A stretch of 61,766 nucleotides of DNA, counting the filler, from Choristocarpus tenellus KU-1152 (taxonomy: Eukaryota > Protista > Phaeophyceae): assembly GCA_964200185.2 (NCBI GenBank). It is 12 parts of 12 records of this genome, joined end to end, with 100 filler letters (N's around TTAATTAATTAA, not from the genome) between each part and the next. Parts side by side here need not be neighbours in the genome. Positions count along the whole stretch, not along the records: positions 32,899 to 41,146 come from CAXNAD020004937.1; positions 41,247 to 45,533 come from CAXNAD020015288.1; positions 45,634 to 59,120 come from CAXNAD020001474.1; 9 more parts are not named here. The stretch is one strand, 5' to 3'. The translations under genes and the position numbers were made by a program. Below are positions 39,136 through 52,200 of the stretch, one piece after another. Every line of letters begins with the position of its first letter. Position 1 is the stretch's first letter. The notes beneath the pieces are model-generated. The model saw only the letters and a list, made by a program, of their open reading frames with translations. It ran no database searches and was not told the origin of the DNA.

Positions 39136-40221
39136 TGCTTGCTTCTGAGGGGAGGAGTCAAAAGAGCAGCGCCTGTCGTGGAGGATGAGGACGATGAAGG
39201 AGACAACGAGGAAGCGCAGGGACCGGGGGTCCTGTCCTCAGTGAAGACAATATTTGGCAATGTGAGATGGATTTTAGATTTGTGAGCAATGCAGGCCTCT
39301 AGCAGGCTGGACCTACTCTTTGCTGTCTTCGCAACTGTTTCAGTAGGTTGAAGGTCTAGTAGGCTAACCCCCTTTATAGTGGACTTTTGGTAATCCACCT
39401 GCATAAGGAACGAGTGAGATAGTTTCAAGGTTGGGTTAGCGCCGTGGAAGGAATTCAATTATTTGTTGACTGTACCGTGCTGTGTGTGTGTGTTTGTGTT
39501 TGTGTTTGGTGTACAGTATGCCACCATTTGCCTCTTTCGTTTCATCAGCAATTCATGTTTTCACTCCTCTCTTTTGCATGCATTTTACCAGCCGTTATAC
39601 ACTTGCAATGGTGTAGGGCTGTTTGGTTACTTTGAGGAGGTAAGGTAGAAGTGATCTGTGTTCCATCTTCATGGTGCAATGTAGGTTGTCGCCTGACATA
39701 AATCCTACAGCAATGGGCACTTCTTCTTTATTGTTTTCATGGTTTACTTCTTATTGCTTGTCCAGTCTGGTCTTCTGGTAGGGACCAGATCTTAGGTAAG
39801 TTTGTCACATCCATCAAGGGTTATCATCCTGCCGATCACCACTTCATTACACAAGTATGGTGTACTGAGCACATGGGAGATACATTTTGCGTGTGGTCAT
39901 TCCTTCCCCTACCCACATGTCTTGCCAAAAACTCTGACACCCTTAGATTATTGCCTTATCCCCGAATCACACATTGAGACTTAGATACCTACCTTAACCC
40001 TGACCCTATCCCTAATTCATGATCTGCCTGAGTAGTGCCTGCTGGCCCCCATCTCTCTTTTCCTCCTTGTGACACTACGAAACTTCTTTGTTCCCCAGAT
40101 TCCGCCAGCTACTCGTGTGTATGTCACCATGATGCTACTCATTACTACAGTGGACCTGGTCACAGGGGAAGCTGTGGACGCAGGCGCCACCCTCTCTCTA
40201 GACTGGGGGAAGACAATCAAG
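39136..40221 (+). CDS. Derlin (Der1-like) protein, partial; start and 3' exons unresolved
   Basis: Exons 39136-39261 (LLLRGG, acidic linker, SVKTIFGN) and 40099-40221 (IPPATRVY...LSLDWGKTIK, typical of the Derlin N-terminus), joined in phase 0. Confidence 0.7.
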
Positions 40222-41125
40222 GTGTGTTATGAAAAGGAATGTCATTATACCAATAGAATAGCCCGGCATGTTTCATCATCAAAAGTCAATAGGACGGGTT
40301 TTGCTCTGCAGTGTTCCCTCCTGTCCCCCTTTTAAACCTTTAACTTTGTGTGACTCACTGAAGTGAAATTCTGGAAGGCTTTTGATTTGCTGCAGTCACA
40401 AGACAATGCCTGGAAATGTTTGAGGTGGTGATGGTTAGGAGGGGGAGTGCGATTTTTTCTCTTTGGGGGGGTAGTGGTGCCACTTGTAGGATATCTAGGA
40501 TGTAGGTGTATGAATTAGGGGGGTGAGGAGCGCTGTCATGTGTGGAGGAGAGAGTGGAAGGGGGTTGTATTGTAGCAAAAAAGGGGCTCCAGAATAGTCT
40601 TAGCTTCTCATGAAGTTTTCGCTAACGGGAAGGGCAAACTGGCACTGTTTGTCTTCAAATTTGATGTCATTAGAGGAAGCACTATGTTTTTGTTGAAAGT
40701 ATAGTTTGAAGGAGGCATACTCGATATGATGATGCTGTACTTAGTATGTTTGACCTTGGATGGAAGGTTTTCCAGACAGGGTATAGTGGTAGGGGTTGAC
40801 GACTCTTTTGTCCTACTGGGTGGGGTATGTCGCATCCCTAGGTAGAGTAGAATATTCTGTGCATATGTTGTGAAGGGAAAGGTCCCTGATTTTTTCTTGA
40901 GCTGCCTCTCCTCGTGTCATCTGGATGGACTGCATGGACTACGTGTACTTGTAGATTTTGAATCATACATTCATATATATATATATATATGGTATGTGTA
41001 TACTTTTTCACTTTCTATTGTGGCTCTCTTCTGAACTCAAGAGTGAGTAAGAGTATCATGAAAATTGAACAGGCTTTTGTGTGGTTATGTGTGTGAGTGT
41101 GAGTGTGAGTGTCTTTCACTCTTGT

Positions 41126-41146
41126 TACCCAAAGTATCTGGGGGGG
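41126..41146 (-). mobile_element. MITE family B terminus at contig end
   Basis: acccaaagtatctggggggg runs into the gap. Confidence 0.65.
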
Positions 41147-42062
41147 NNNNNNNNNNNNNNNNNNNNNNNNNNNNNNNNNNNNNNNNNNNNTTAATTAATT
41201 AANNNNNNNNNNNNNNNNNNNNNNNNNNNNNNNNNNNNNNNNNNNNGGGGAGGGGAGGGAGGATGGGACTAAGCGCCCACTGCTCCATTCTGAGTCCTGA
41301 AAAATCCGGGAGGGTGGAGAGATCAAGGGACCTATTTCGATTTTGGGGCACCTTGCATGGGTTTGCTTGACTAACCCTAACCCTAAGCTTCAAGTCGTAC
41401 CCATTCTACCAGGGTCCAACCACACCCTTTCTCCCACCTCTCAGGCCCTAGCTTGCTTTAGACTATACTCACCTGCAAATAGTATCAGATAAAGTGACAG
41501 AATAGCTAACTATTGCCAGAAGAACTTGGGACTTAGAGAAGGGCACTGCAGACTGACAGAATATGTTCCCACATGAATGCTAGGGGCTAGCATCGTGGGG
41601 TATATAGCACAAGATGTTGATGCTGTTATTGTAATGCAAAGGAAATAGTTGGTATCATACATATGACAACTATAATTGCGCCTGTCTAGTCCAGGAGATC
41701 GGCCAACTCAACTCCGATTCCCAGGGTTTGTTTCCTGCGTCAGGCCATGCATGGTACATGGCACTGGATTGATAGGTTATCGTGTAGTTGCGTCTGTCGC
41801 TCGGTATGCCTCAAAGGTGGCACAGAAGCTGAATGAGTGAGATTCCTACTGAATCGCTTCCCAGGACAGCCTACTTGTTTGTTGAACATGCAACGTGCCA
41901 CATATACTCGAAATACAAACACCTCTGTTTGGAACAGAGTAGAGACCAAACATACCACCAAACCTAGCAAAAGAAAAGGCACAGATGCGAACATACCATA
42001 TCCGATGCAATCAACTTTTCAAGCACACCTTCTCAGACGGCGTCGTATGCCCCATTGCGTAC

Positions 42063-42879
42063 CTTCATGACCTTCTTCTTGTCACCCTTTCCTGGATCGC
42101 CTTTCCCCTTACCCTTCCCCTTCTTTGGCGGATCAAACGGTTCCCCGGTGGTCTCTTCGTACTCTCTCTTCAGAGACAAGAGCTGCTCCACGACCGGTGA
42201 AAGGGTGGCCTTGTCCGCCCCACCTTCCTTGAGGCTGGTGGTGTTGTGGTCCACATAGTTCCAGGATAAAAGGGAAAGGAAGGAGAGGTTGGGGTGGGGG
42301 GGATGGAAATGAAAGGGCATCACCACATCCACCATATTCAACTGTAGACGCTCGAGTGATTTGTATCGGTAGAGACGATGGGGTGAGGGCAAGCATCTTG
42401 CAAGTGGTGCTGATCAGAGTCGTAGGTACCCTATTCAACTTGTTTTACGTCCTTTTTTCGTGCTTGATATAGAGAGTCACGACGCGTAATGACCGTATCC
42501 CTATCGTAATCGCACGCACACTCATCACAAAATATACAAGCATTGAACAGTACGTACTGGTCACGTCTTACCTGCGTATCTCATCTCCTTTAGCCTTGAT
42601 ACTCGCTTTCAGTCCTTCCACCCCTTCCTTCTCAGCGGTGCTCATGCACAACCTAGCCACCCCTACCCTAGAATTATGCCCAGTAAGTGCTTTGTCCAAT
42701 GCATGGTTAGTTCCCGGGGTAAGGAAAGATCCTTCCGAGCGCCAAGGAGAGCGAGCATTCCTTGTGATTACGCCACCAAGAGATGAGACGAAGGCAGGAC
42801 CTGTGGCAGCCGCACGTACCATGGGTGATAAAGCCATCATGGCTGCACCCACACCTGCTGCGGACGAGGGGCTGCGCAT
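42063..42879 (-). CDS. 5' exons of a WHEP-domain protein, probably an organelle-targeted aminoacyl-tRNA synthetase
   Basis: Exons 42879-42572 and 42234-42063 give IKAKGDEIRSLKEGGADKATLSPVVEQLLSLKREYEETTGEPF (WHEP-TRS) after a presequence containing AFV; catalytic domain is not in this contig; start codon inferred. Confidence 0.8.
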
Positions 42880-45169
42880 GGAGACAAGAACTGCAGGCAC
42901 AATGGAAGGAGATAAGGGGGTCTATCCTTTCAATCACATTAATAGGGCATTGACAACCACAACACAACAGTAGTAGTAGTGTAGTGTAGACCTGGTTTAT
43001 AGTAAACAAGTGCATTTCAACTTTTTAACAACCCATTTCAATTTTGTTTTTTCAATAACTGAGCACAAACGAGGTGTAGTCCCCGTCAAAGAAGGTACAC
43101 AGGGTAAGGAGTTTTATACTAGACCTGCTTGTCAGACCGTCGTTCCAGTCCGGTCCTTGGCCTGGTCTTGCAAAACCTGGACCAGTTCTCTTCAATCATA
43201 CGAAAAATGAAGATGTAAATATTGAATTTACAATGAATAGTACAACAATATAACAGTATCATTTTTCTGATGGTTTAACCATTGCTAGTAACTAGTAGTG
43301 AATGGCTGCCACGTCTTTTCACTCTCTCACAATATATAAATTACTCTGACCTGTTGTGGAGGACATGGAAACACCAACATGGACAGGGGTTATACCTCGT
43401 CTGTGGAGGTAGTCCTACCCTTCCTTCGTCGAAGTACCAAAACATGCAATATGAACTCCTCCTGGAAAAACTTGAGTTCAGCTTTGGAGTCGGTTGAAGG
43501 GCAAACCCTTTGTTGAGCTGGATACCAAGAGAATCTGCTCAAAGCTGTAGTTGATGTAGTGGGGATGGTGAGCAAGATTCTCCAGTCACATGATCAGGTA
43601 GGTGGAAATGCACCTGAAAACAGATCAATGCAGCTGATAATGCGATCAATGTACCTTCATAACATTCTGAAACCTTTTTCATGTCTCACCCTCGGTAAAA
43701 GTGTCTAGATTGCGGCAGTGACACGTATGGCGGGCAGCGGAGAAAAGTTCAGAAGGAGGTGCGACCACAGTGCTATTATACTCCAAAAAAGGTGAAGCTA
43801 TCAGAGGTTCTTAAGCAGGAAATCACTAAGAGCATACTGGAGGATGAGGTAGTAGAGGAAGAGTTTGACCTTCTCAGATACTGGAATGAGAAAGTCTACT
43901 CCTAAGACTGATGAAAAGGACAGCAGAAGGTGTAATTGCCACTGTTGGCGTTGTGTTGCCACTCTACCATGGCATTGATGGCTTCTCAGGCTCTCCTTGA
44001 TGCCTAGCATGTTGCAAATTCGCATGAGAGCAGAAAAAGGTGGAGCTATCATGCATTTGCAGCTCAACCAGCACCTAATCAAGGAGACGGTCAAGTACTA
44101 CGAGGAAATGGAGACGCTGAGATGCAAGCAGGACGAATTGCGAGCAGCCTTGGTTACCTTCCAGAAGAGGAGTGTGACTGGGCAAACAGCCGTTTTGTGA
44201 ATAGTATGTATGTTATTCCGAATATTTGATCAAACTTTTCAGTACTGGGATCCAGCTGTAACAAAACATCATCACACCGAAACGTCTTGAACGTGTTTTT
44301 GTATATTTTAGTGATAAGCATAAATGGCCTCTGAAATTTTGAAAATGCTGTCAGGGAAGACAGCGACATCATGCACGTTATTCATTATTCATCTAGGGTT
44401 GAGTACCAAAAATGGCGTGACTTTCACTTTTTACATGTGGTTGCTGCCTGGCTATTTTGTACGTGTTGTCATGGATCTTATGTGTCCCAAAAGCCTTGTC
44501 CTGGTTTTAGTTTTGTGTTCCTAGCGTTCCTTAGTCTTCCAAAATTAGATATCGTAAGAAAATATTTCAGATCCAACATAAAAGATTTGACTACGTTCAC
44601 TTTTAGAGTCGTACAACTGCTACACACTTTTTACTTGTGACAGTAGTATACTCGGAGGTATTGTATTGCATTAACTAGTTTTTTCAAGTACTTTGAAGGA
44701 TATCAAACTCAAAAGCATCTGTTGAGTCCTTCCAAGTTATACTGGCAGATTGTGCATGTTACAATATGTTCAAAATGGGGTTAAGTTCTCTGGTCTGGTT
44801 ATACTCTTTGCTGATCGTGGTCTGGACCCGTTAACCACATGTTTAGGGCAGGCCAGGGGCCGGTTATGCTCTCTAATGGTCCCGGACTGGTCCCGCTTTC
44901 TAATTTTCAACATGGACCGATCTCCACCCTGATCCCGTCACACCCTGGCGGTCCTACCTAAAGCTTAATCAATATACGTCCTATATACTATTGATTGCCT
45001 ACTGACAGTTTCAGACGTTGTGATAGGGCGAACAAGAAGCCACATGCAGGACTGAGACAACGGCACAACAGTTTATGTACTGCTTGCAATGAAGAGCTCC
45101 GAATACGCCATTAGTAGTTTTAGTACGTTGGAAAACAAGAAACCAACTCCGTCCACACTAGAAATATCC

Positions 45170-45370
45170 TACAGGCGTGACCAAGGTGTACGGGGTACCC
45201 ATGATCTTCTATTTCCAGTAGAGGGAGGGATGAAAACTATACCCTCAAAAACAGGGGCACAAAAAGGAGATCCACTTGCTCCCTTACTCTACTGTATAGT
45301 TACAGCAAAACCTCTCCTGCAGGCCCAGTCTAACCTTTAGACTGCAAGGGATCATTTGACCATTGTAGTT
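45170..45370 (+). pseudogene. Short non-LTR (CRE-like) reverse transcriptase fragment
   Basis: SKTGAQKGDPLAPLLYC resembles the G.QQGDPLGPLLF RT motif. Confidence 0.6.
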
Positions 45371-46857
45371 TTAATCCCACCTTCTGGTGGAAGGTTTTGG
45401 GGCCTTGGCAAGCAAGCAGAGAGTTTCCTGGATCGGTTGGTCACCACACAATAGGGGGGAGAGGGGCTGGAGGGTATTGAGGGAAAGGGGCTGCCAAGTC
45501 TTGTTTGGCTTACTGCCCCCATTACTCCTCAAGNNNNNNNNNNNNNNNNNNNNNNNNNNNNNNNNNNNNNNNNNNNNTTAATTAATTAANNNNNNNNNNN
45601 NNNNNNNNNNNNNNNNNNNNNNNNNNNNNNNNNGGAGCGGGAAGACCCACAGGAGGACAGATCAAAGAGAGACAAGGTCAAAGAGGGAGAGCAATCCCTC
45701 AGAAGTTCACTCAGGAAAAGAGCGTTAAAGTGATAACTGGAGGAGGGGAGGGTTGGTAAGGTCACTCCAAACCACCTAATCTTACTTCAAGCAGATGTTA
45801 CCTTCAACACGCAAAAACAACAAAAGTAACATGAAACAAATAATGTTCAAGATAGGTCACCTTCAGGGTATACCTTCTACATGATGTTTAAGATAGGTTA
45901 CCTTCAGGGTATACCTTCTGTGGAATGTGACTTTCACATACTACTGAATTCATTTGCACTATAATCAATGGTATACGACATGAAACAATACGTTAATCAT
46001 TCCACTCTCCTTCTCGCGTTTCCTACCTCACGTTCAAGCAGATCACGCACTACGGTTACAGAAATCACACTCGGAGTCGTGCTCCGCCCTGTGCTTACTA
46101 GCACAGTGCACAATGTTTTCTATGAAGTGCCTCGCTGTCTGCTTTGTGTTGACTTTGGGAACCTCGGTGGAAGCACTCTACCAACAGAGGTGAGAGTTCA
46201 TCATGTCACATATGCTCCTCAATGATAGGTACGAATGCGCCCAGCATTTGAACCTCCTGTAAGGTGGTTGAACTGGCTATTTTAGATTTTCCACTTACAC
46301 TTGTTGCACGCCTCGTTTTTGCAGACTAACAAGTAATGAGGGGAGGACGGGTTTCGTTGTGCACCAATTGGCAAACAAGCGCTTGGCATTTGTTCCTGGC
46401 CCTTCCGCTGGAGGCCGTGCCGATACTATTTCCAGCACTCCGTCGAGGTACATGTGACAATGGTGTTTGGTAGGGGACCTTTTGCTCACCCCTAGATTGG
46501 CCATGACACAGTGTTAAATGTGTTTGGGTTCAAGAGATGACAGGATCTCCATTGCACTCTGTCCTCAAACGGATGCAATGTTGAAAGGGGAAGGAGGGAG
46601 GGGAAGGAGGCAAAGCAAATCCTTCAAACCAGTCCCCTGCTGCATTATTTCGATCCGGTCAATTCTCTGGAACTTAGACGTCTTCATCGGTAGATTTGCT
46701 ATCTGAGGGATCATTTAATGCCAAGGCTCTTTCTCTGTATTCCAATTATTGACAGGGCATGCCATGCCCTAGACAAGGTGCGTTTCAACTTTGATGATAG
46801 TATGACTAGATTGTTTGCGATCCTTTTATTTGTTTGGAGCTGAACCATAATGTGCAG

Positions 46858-49216
46858 GACATGTCAACTCTCCCATAGGCGTTCTCACTCCTGTTCATTG
46901 CTGTACCTGTCCGCCTAAACACCTTCATCAATGCAAAAAACACAGCAAGCGCAATGTCGTTGCTAAAATGGTGGCTGCAGAAGTCACCGGGGGAGCCACC
47001 GAGGTATGATGTGTGAAGCTTAAAGTCGAGTTAGACCTAACATAGATGTGTTCTTTTCGACCGCGTGTTGAGTTCTCTCCAGCTTCAACTCTTATTTTGG
47101 CAGCTATCTTACTCACTGGGTTCTAAACGTGCCAATAGGCGTTTGCCGAGTTAATAATAGTTATATATATACATATTCTTGCTTGAGTCTGGTCAACTCT
47201 ACTTTTTGCACTGTCTTCGACAAGTTGTAAGGATGTTGCAGTAATCATTTCCATTGAAGTTGAAATTGGGGTCAAGCATAAGAAATGCTTTAAAGAACAT
47301 TGGGATGGATTGTACATGAATGGAAGGAAGATTGAAAATGAAGGTTCATTTTGCATGGTGGAACTGATCAAAAGGGGAATAATGGTTGGATTTTTTTAGA
47401 AGACAGCTAATTGAAATAAAGACAGACGTCAGGTGTACACTGGGTACTCACGTTTTAATATTGTGACAGAGGGAAAGTTCAGATCATTTTAGCCTCATTG
47501 AAGAGCATTGTGTCAGGCACATACGATGTTGTGCATTGTATAGATTCCTTGCCTTCTAAGACTATTTTGAGCTACAAGTGTCTTTGTGGATCAGGTGCGA
47601 CGCCCTGATAATGGCCCACAAACTAGGGAGGGCTGTTTCAGTTGTTTTTGTGTTACAACACTGCTGTGCTGGTAATATATTGTCATTTGTCTGTCTCTTG
47701 TAAACAGGTCCTTCCCAATATCCAAACTACACCTTAGCAGGCTTTTGTGCTTCAGCATCAGAGAGTATGTCTTAGACAACAGTGATATTCCCAAATGGGT
47801 TATTTCTTAACCTCATCACTGCTGCCCCTCTCCTGTTCTATTTGCGCCTTGCATTGATAAGCAGGGAAACCCTGGTGTGTCAGTGCCTGGATCGACCTTC
47901 AATCTGATCAAAAATGTGGTTGGAGCTGGTATCCTTGCCATCCCGGGTGGTGTCGCTTCCTTCTCTCAGGCTAAGAGTGCAGTGATACCCACTGCTGCAA
48001 TTATCCTTGCTCTTGGGTCTCTCTCTGGTTACTGTTTCAGGTGCTTGTGTGTGGCGTTCAGTTCTTGGGCTCTAAGGGGTGAAATTTCCTCTGTATTGCC
48101 CTGCTCTCTGCAATCTGGATCTGATTCTCTTTCCAGTGTGTAGAGATCCCCCCTTGATGATTGCTTGCTTGATGATACCCCGTATTTAGACTTTCTACAG
48201 GTAGTGATGTGGTGAGAATCTGTTAAGGCTGCCTACTACTGCGGTTAGCCCACCCTGCATGCTTTCGTGTGCATGGGGCTTTAGACTTGCACCTTGTCTC
48301 ATATAAGGCACATGGATAGGACTTAGTGTGTACATGCGATGTCATTGCCCCCTCTGTGGGTATATTTTCCCCTGCATGTGACATGTCCCCACCCTCGAAA
48401 GATGCTTGAAAGTATTTACTTCCACACTCTCATAGCAAGCCGCTCTCTTGCTGCTGCTATGTCAAGAGTTTTTTCCTTCTATTATCCTGTCCTGATCAGT
48501 ATCAATGGCTGTGGGACCTTACCATCTCCTGTACCATCTACATCACTGCTGTTGTGTTGCATACTTTGTGTAGGTGGACATCTATCCACATCTCTACTAC
48601 AACACCCAACTGATTATTACCCTTCTCCTATCTCACACTTTGGCTTCCATGTAAGCTTGATAGGTCGCACATGTGCTGCTACAGGTGCAGATTCGTATGG
48701 AGATGCTTGGGCAAAGAGTGTGGGCGAGAAAACATCTTGGCTGCCTACAGCCAGTTGTATTGCGAAGACCTTTTTTGCATGTCTTTCTTACTCCATTATT
48801 GTTGGTGAGTTATTTGTTACGAAAGATGATTATGTCACAATGAGATTGCTACCGTAGTTTTTTTTATTGATCCACCTCTTAATCTGCAGTGTTTGATCAG
48901 GTGTGTCTGCTTGCCTGCCTCGTATTGCTTTCCTTGCTTACAGTCGGCATCACTAGTTCCGGTTTGCTTGCAAGAGGCTACTAATTACTATTTTTTGGGT
49001 GGAAATGTTCGGCTCACCAAGTGGCCCCTATAAACTTAGGGCCCGTTCCCCCACTACCTTGAAGCTCGACTCTCACTGTTTTTTTCATTCTATATCAGGT
49101 GATGTGTTCCAAGACATCATGAAGGCGTTTGGTGCGCCAGCATTCTTTGCATCTAGGACCAACATCCTTTGCTTGATCAGCAGTGTGGTGCTCCTTCCCC
49201 TATGCCTGCTCAAGGT

Positions 49217-49252
<36 letters not shown>

Positions 49253-52200
49253 CTACTACTACCTATTTTTTGTTCAAGTCTTTCATACTGTTGATGTAGT
49301 TATTTATTATCATCTTCTAGGATATCTTGTGTGTATTGTCCGGATGCATTCATTGCTTAGGAACCTCCCAGCTAAACCTTATTTTTGTTGAGAGTGAATG
49401 GTGTAGGTAGTGCAGTGCAGATGTCCTATTGAACTGTGCATTTTGCAATCTCTTGTCTGCTCTGATGACTGGATGGCCCATGCTTGCTGTGATGGCTAGA
49501 GGAGAGGTGGTTGTCACAAATATGACACCAAGTACTCAAAAGGGCCATATTCTAGGGGGCACATAGCTGGAGTACATGCCTGCCCAAGAGTGATTGCCAT
49601 TCAGTGGGTTAAATTTGTATATATTATAGACTGAAACCTATGATGCAGAGGAGAACATATAAATTTGAAAGAGTGATACACCCTTTGTATCCCATAAGTC
49701 TGCAACGTTAAGGGTTTAACTTCTTGAGATGACCTCTGATGAAAAACCGTTTTTTTACAATGGATTCCTTGATGCCTTTTCTGTAATAATCTTTGTTCAT
49801 CGCTTTCTTCATGCCCATCAATCCACCAATCCACCGCTGCGTTGAAAGCCCCTCCGTCGATTCTGTCCGATTTTGGCATACTTCCCTCGTACTACCTTTT
49901 TCTTAGTTCTGGTGTGCTATACCTCGAAATCGTCACCCCCTAGTTAGCGCCTTCAAAACCTAATTGTACCTCTTAAAGAGGCTCTGCCACACCCTCTCCA
50001 AAGTAGTTGCATCATACGCGTCGTACGTGCTCTTTACTCTACCCCCTTCACAAGGTCGTTTGTCATACCGCAATGCTCCTTCCAAACTCTCTACTTTTGA
50101 GGTTTGCAAAAATACCCAAATCGTTGGTTGATATTGAGATCAGACGACTGCGCAGGCTACACTGTGAGCTTGACATTCCGCCCCCCTCCCCCCCCCGGCT
50201 TTGTTGAGCTTCCGTAGTGTATCTTTTCCCATATGGGGGGTCCTGTGTGCCCACCTCACCCTCCGAACATGACATTTTTTACTTCAATCCGTGGAGAAGA
50301 GTTTCCACACTACTGCTGACGGTACCACTTGCCATCAACCGTCACATCGAAGTCGTACTGCTGCTCCTTCTCACAGCAGTCCGAATTTCTCTGTGCCTAC
50401 TTGATGCAAAACACACTAGATTCTGATCCTGCTGTTCAAATCACAGGAAGCACATGGGTGCGAAACGGCACAGATGAAACATCACCTTAGGAATGTGACT
50501 CTTGTGCTGTACCTTCGTCGAGCCCACCCTTTCCTCCCCTGGGGAACATGCGGATGTGCTCAGAACCACGTTTCGTCGAGATATGAATCGTGCTGAGGCC
50601 ACATCTGTAATTGATGTGATTCCTTGTTGCTCGGTCAGGGATGAAATCTACCCGGCTCTTTGATGCGTCAGTGACAGACTCGGGGTTATGCTCCGTTTCA
50701 AGTTTGATGTGCTCATCGCTTTGAGATACCTCTTACGCTTTGAGCCGCCAGCTATGAGATCCGACTTGGTTATATGCCTTGGCAGACAGCTGATCGAGGG
50801 TTAGAATTCGATTCACGGCGTTGACCCTTAATATCTTCGCATGATCTGTTGGTGTGAAGTCCCGATGGACGCCCCCCATTCGTGATGCTGATTTCAGCGA
50901 AATCGTGTTGCCATCGTCTCGGTTTTAATTGTTCTCATACGCGCTCGCCCACCCCAAACTGCTCTGCCAACCTCAGTCCAACGCCTTTTTTGGAAGCCGT
51001 GTCTTATGGGAAGGTATTGCTGAATCATAGCGTAGGGCCAGCTCGTTTAGACCTTCATCGCTCACCTAGCAATTTCTTAATCCTGGGCTGATGGACTCCC
51101 ATGGAAAGACAGCGGAATTGCAGGAGTGGGTCATAATGGTTATGGAACTCTCATTGCAGAATGTCTGGGTGCTAAGCAAGAGTGGTACGACTCTTGGCAA
51201 GGTGGTGAGATGTGTGATGATGGGGGGGCGTTGTGTCCACCGCTGGGAGCAGTGCAGTCACTAAAAATGGGTCCGAAAGGGGATCAGGTTTTCGGTTCCA
51301 CTTCTCGGAACAGATTCAGAACTATTTTGGAACAAATGTGAGAAAAAACCCATAATTGTACGAAGCCAGAAGTGAAATTCCTAACGTTGCAGACTTTGGT
51401 GCCCGAGGGAGTATATACAAAAACCCATATATACACGCATATTATTTGTTTGACAGAGGGTTTCACTCACTGGTTGAGGCATACATACCAAGAATCTTAC
51501 CGGACTGTATTCTTGGGTTTCTGGCAATAGTAGGTTGAAGAATAAACAGAATTAAAATGCTGTGCTGACTCATCCACCATCAAGGCGGACATTCTTCGAA
51601 GAACAGATAATTTTGTAAGTAAAAAATCTCAGAAGACAAGAGGTATCCATACATTCATTGACCAGTGGTAACTATGAGTTCAAGAGAATATCATTTGATA
51701 ATTGTATGTCTTGAATCTTTGTATCTTATTTTGCTTTCCTATTCTGTTTTTTTGAAATTTGAATTATGTTGTGACTTTAAACCTCTCTTGTACTGGAGAA
51801 TGCAATTGATTATGACCAATGCACCTCTTTTTGTGTATACTTCCTGCTGCTGCTCCCCTCCTCGACCTGTGGGAGTTTGCTCTTGTCCTGATCATGTGAT
51901 GACAAAGAGCTGTGCCATGCCCCCTTTTCTTCCTGATGCGGTGGTCACCTACTCTTTTTGTATACCTGCCCTTGACTCCCTTCCAGTGTGTGTGAGAACA
52001 CACTTTTGCCTTTGTTTGATACCTACCAGAGCTTGTATTACAGGTACACGGAAGGGCAAAGTTTAGTAGTGTTGTGAATCAGAAGTTCAATCAACTAGGA
52101 AGTTTTTCTACATAGACTATAATAATAACATGCACTTGGTGCATTAATGTAGGAGTGTGAATCGATGACACCTGCGGGCAACTCACACAGTGTGCAATCA

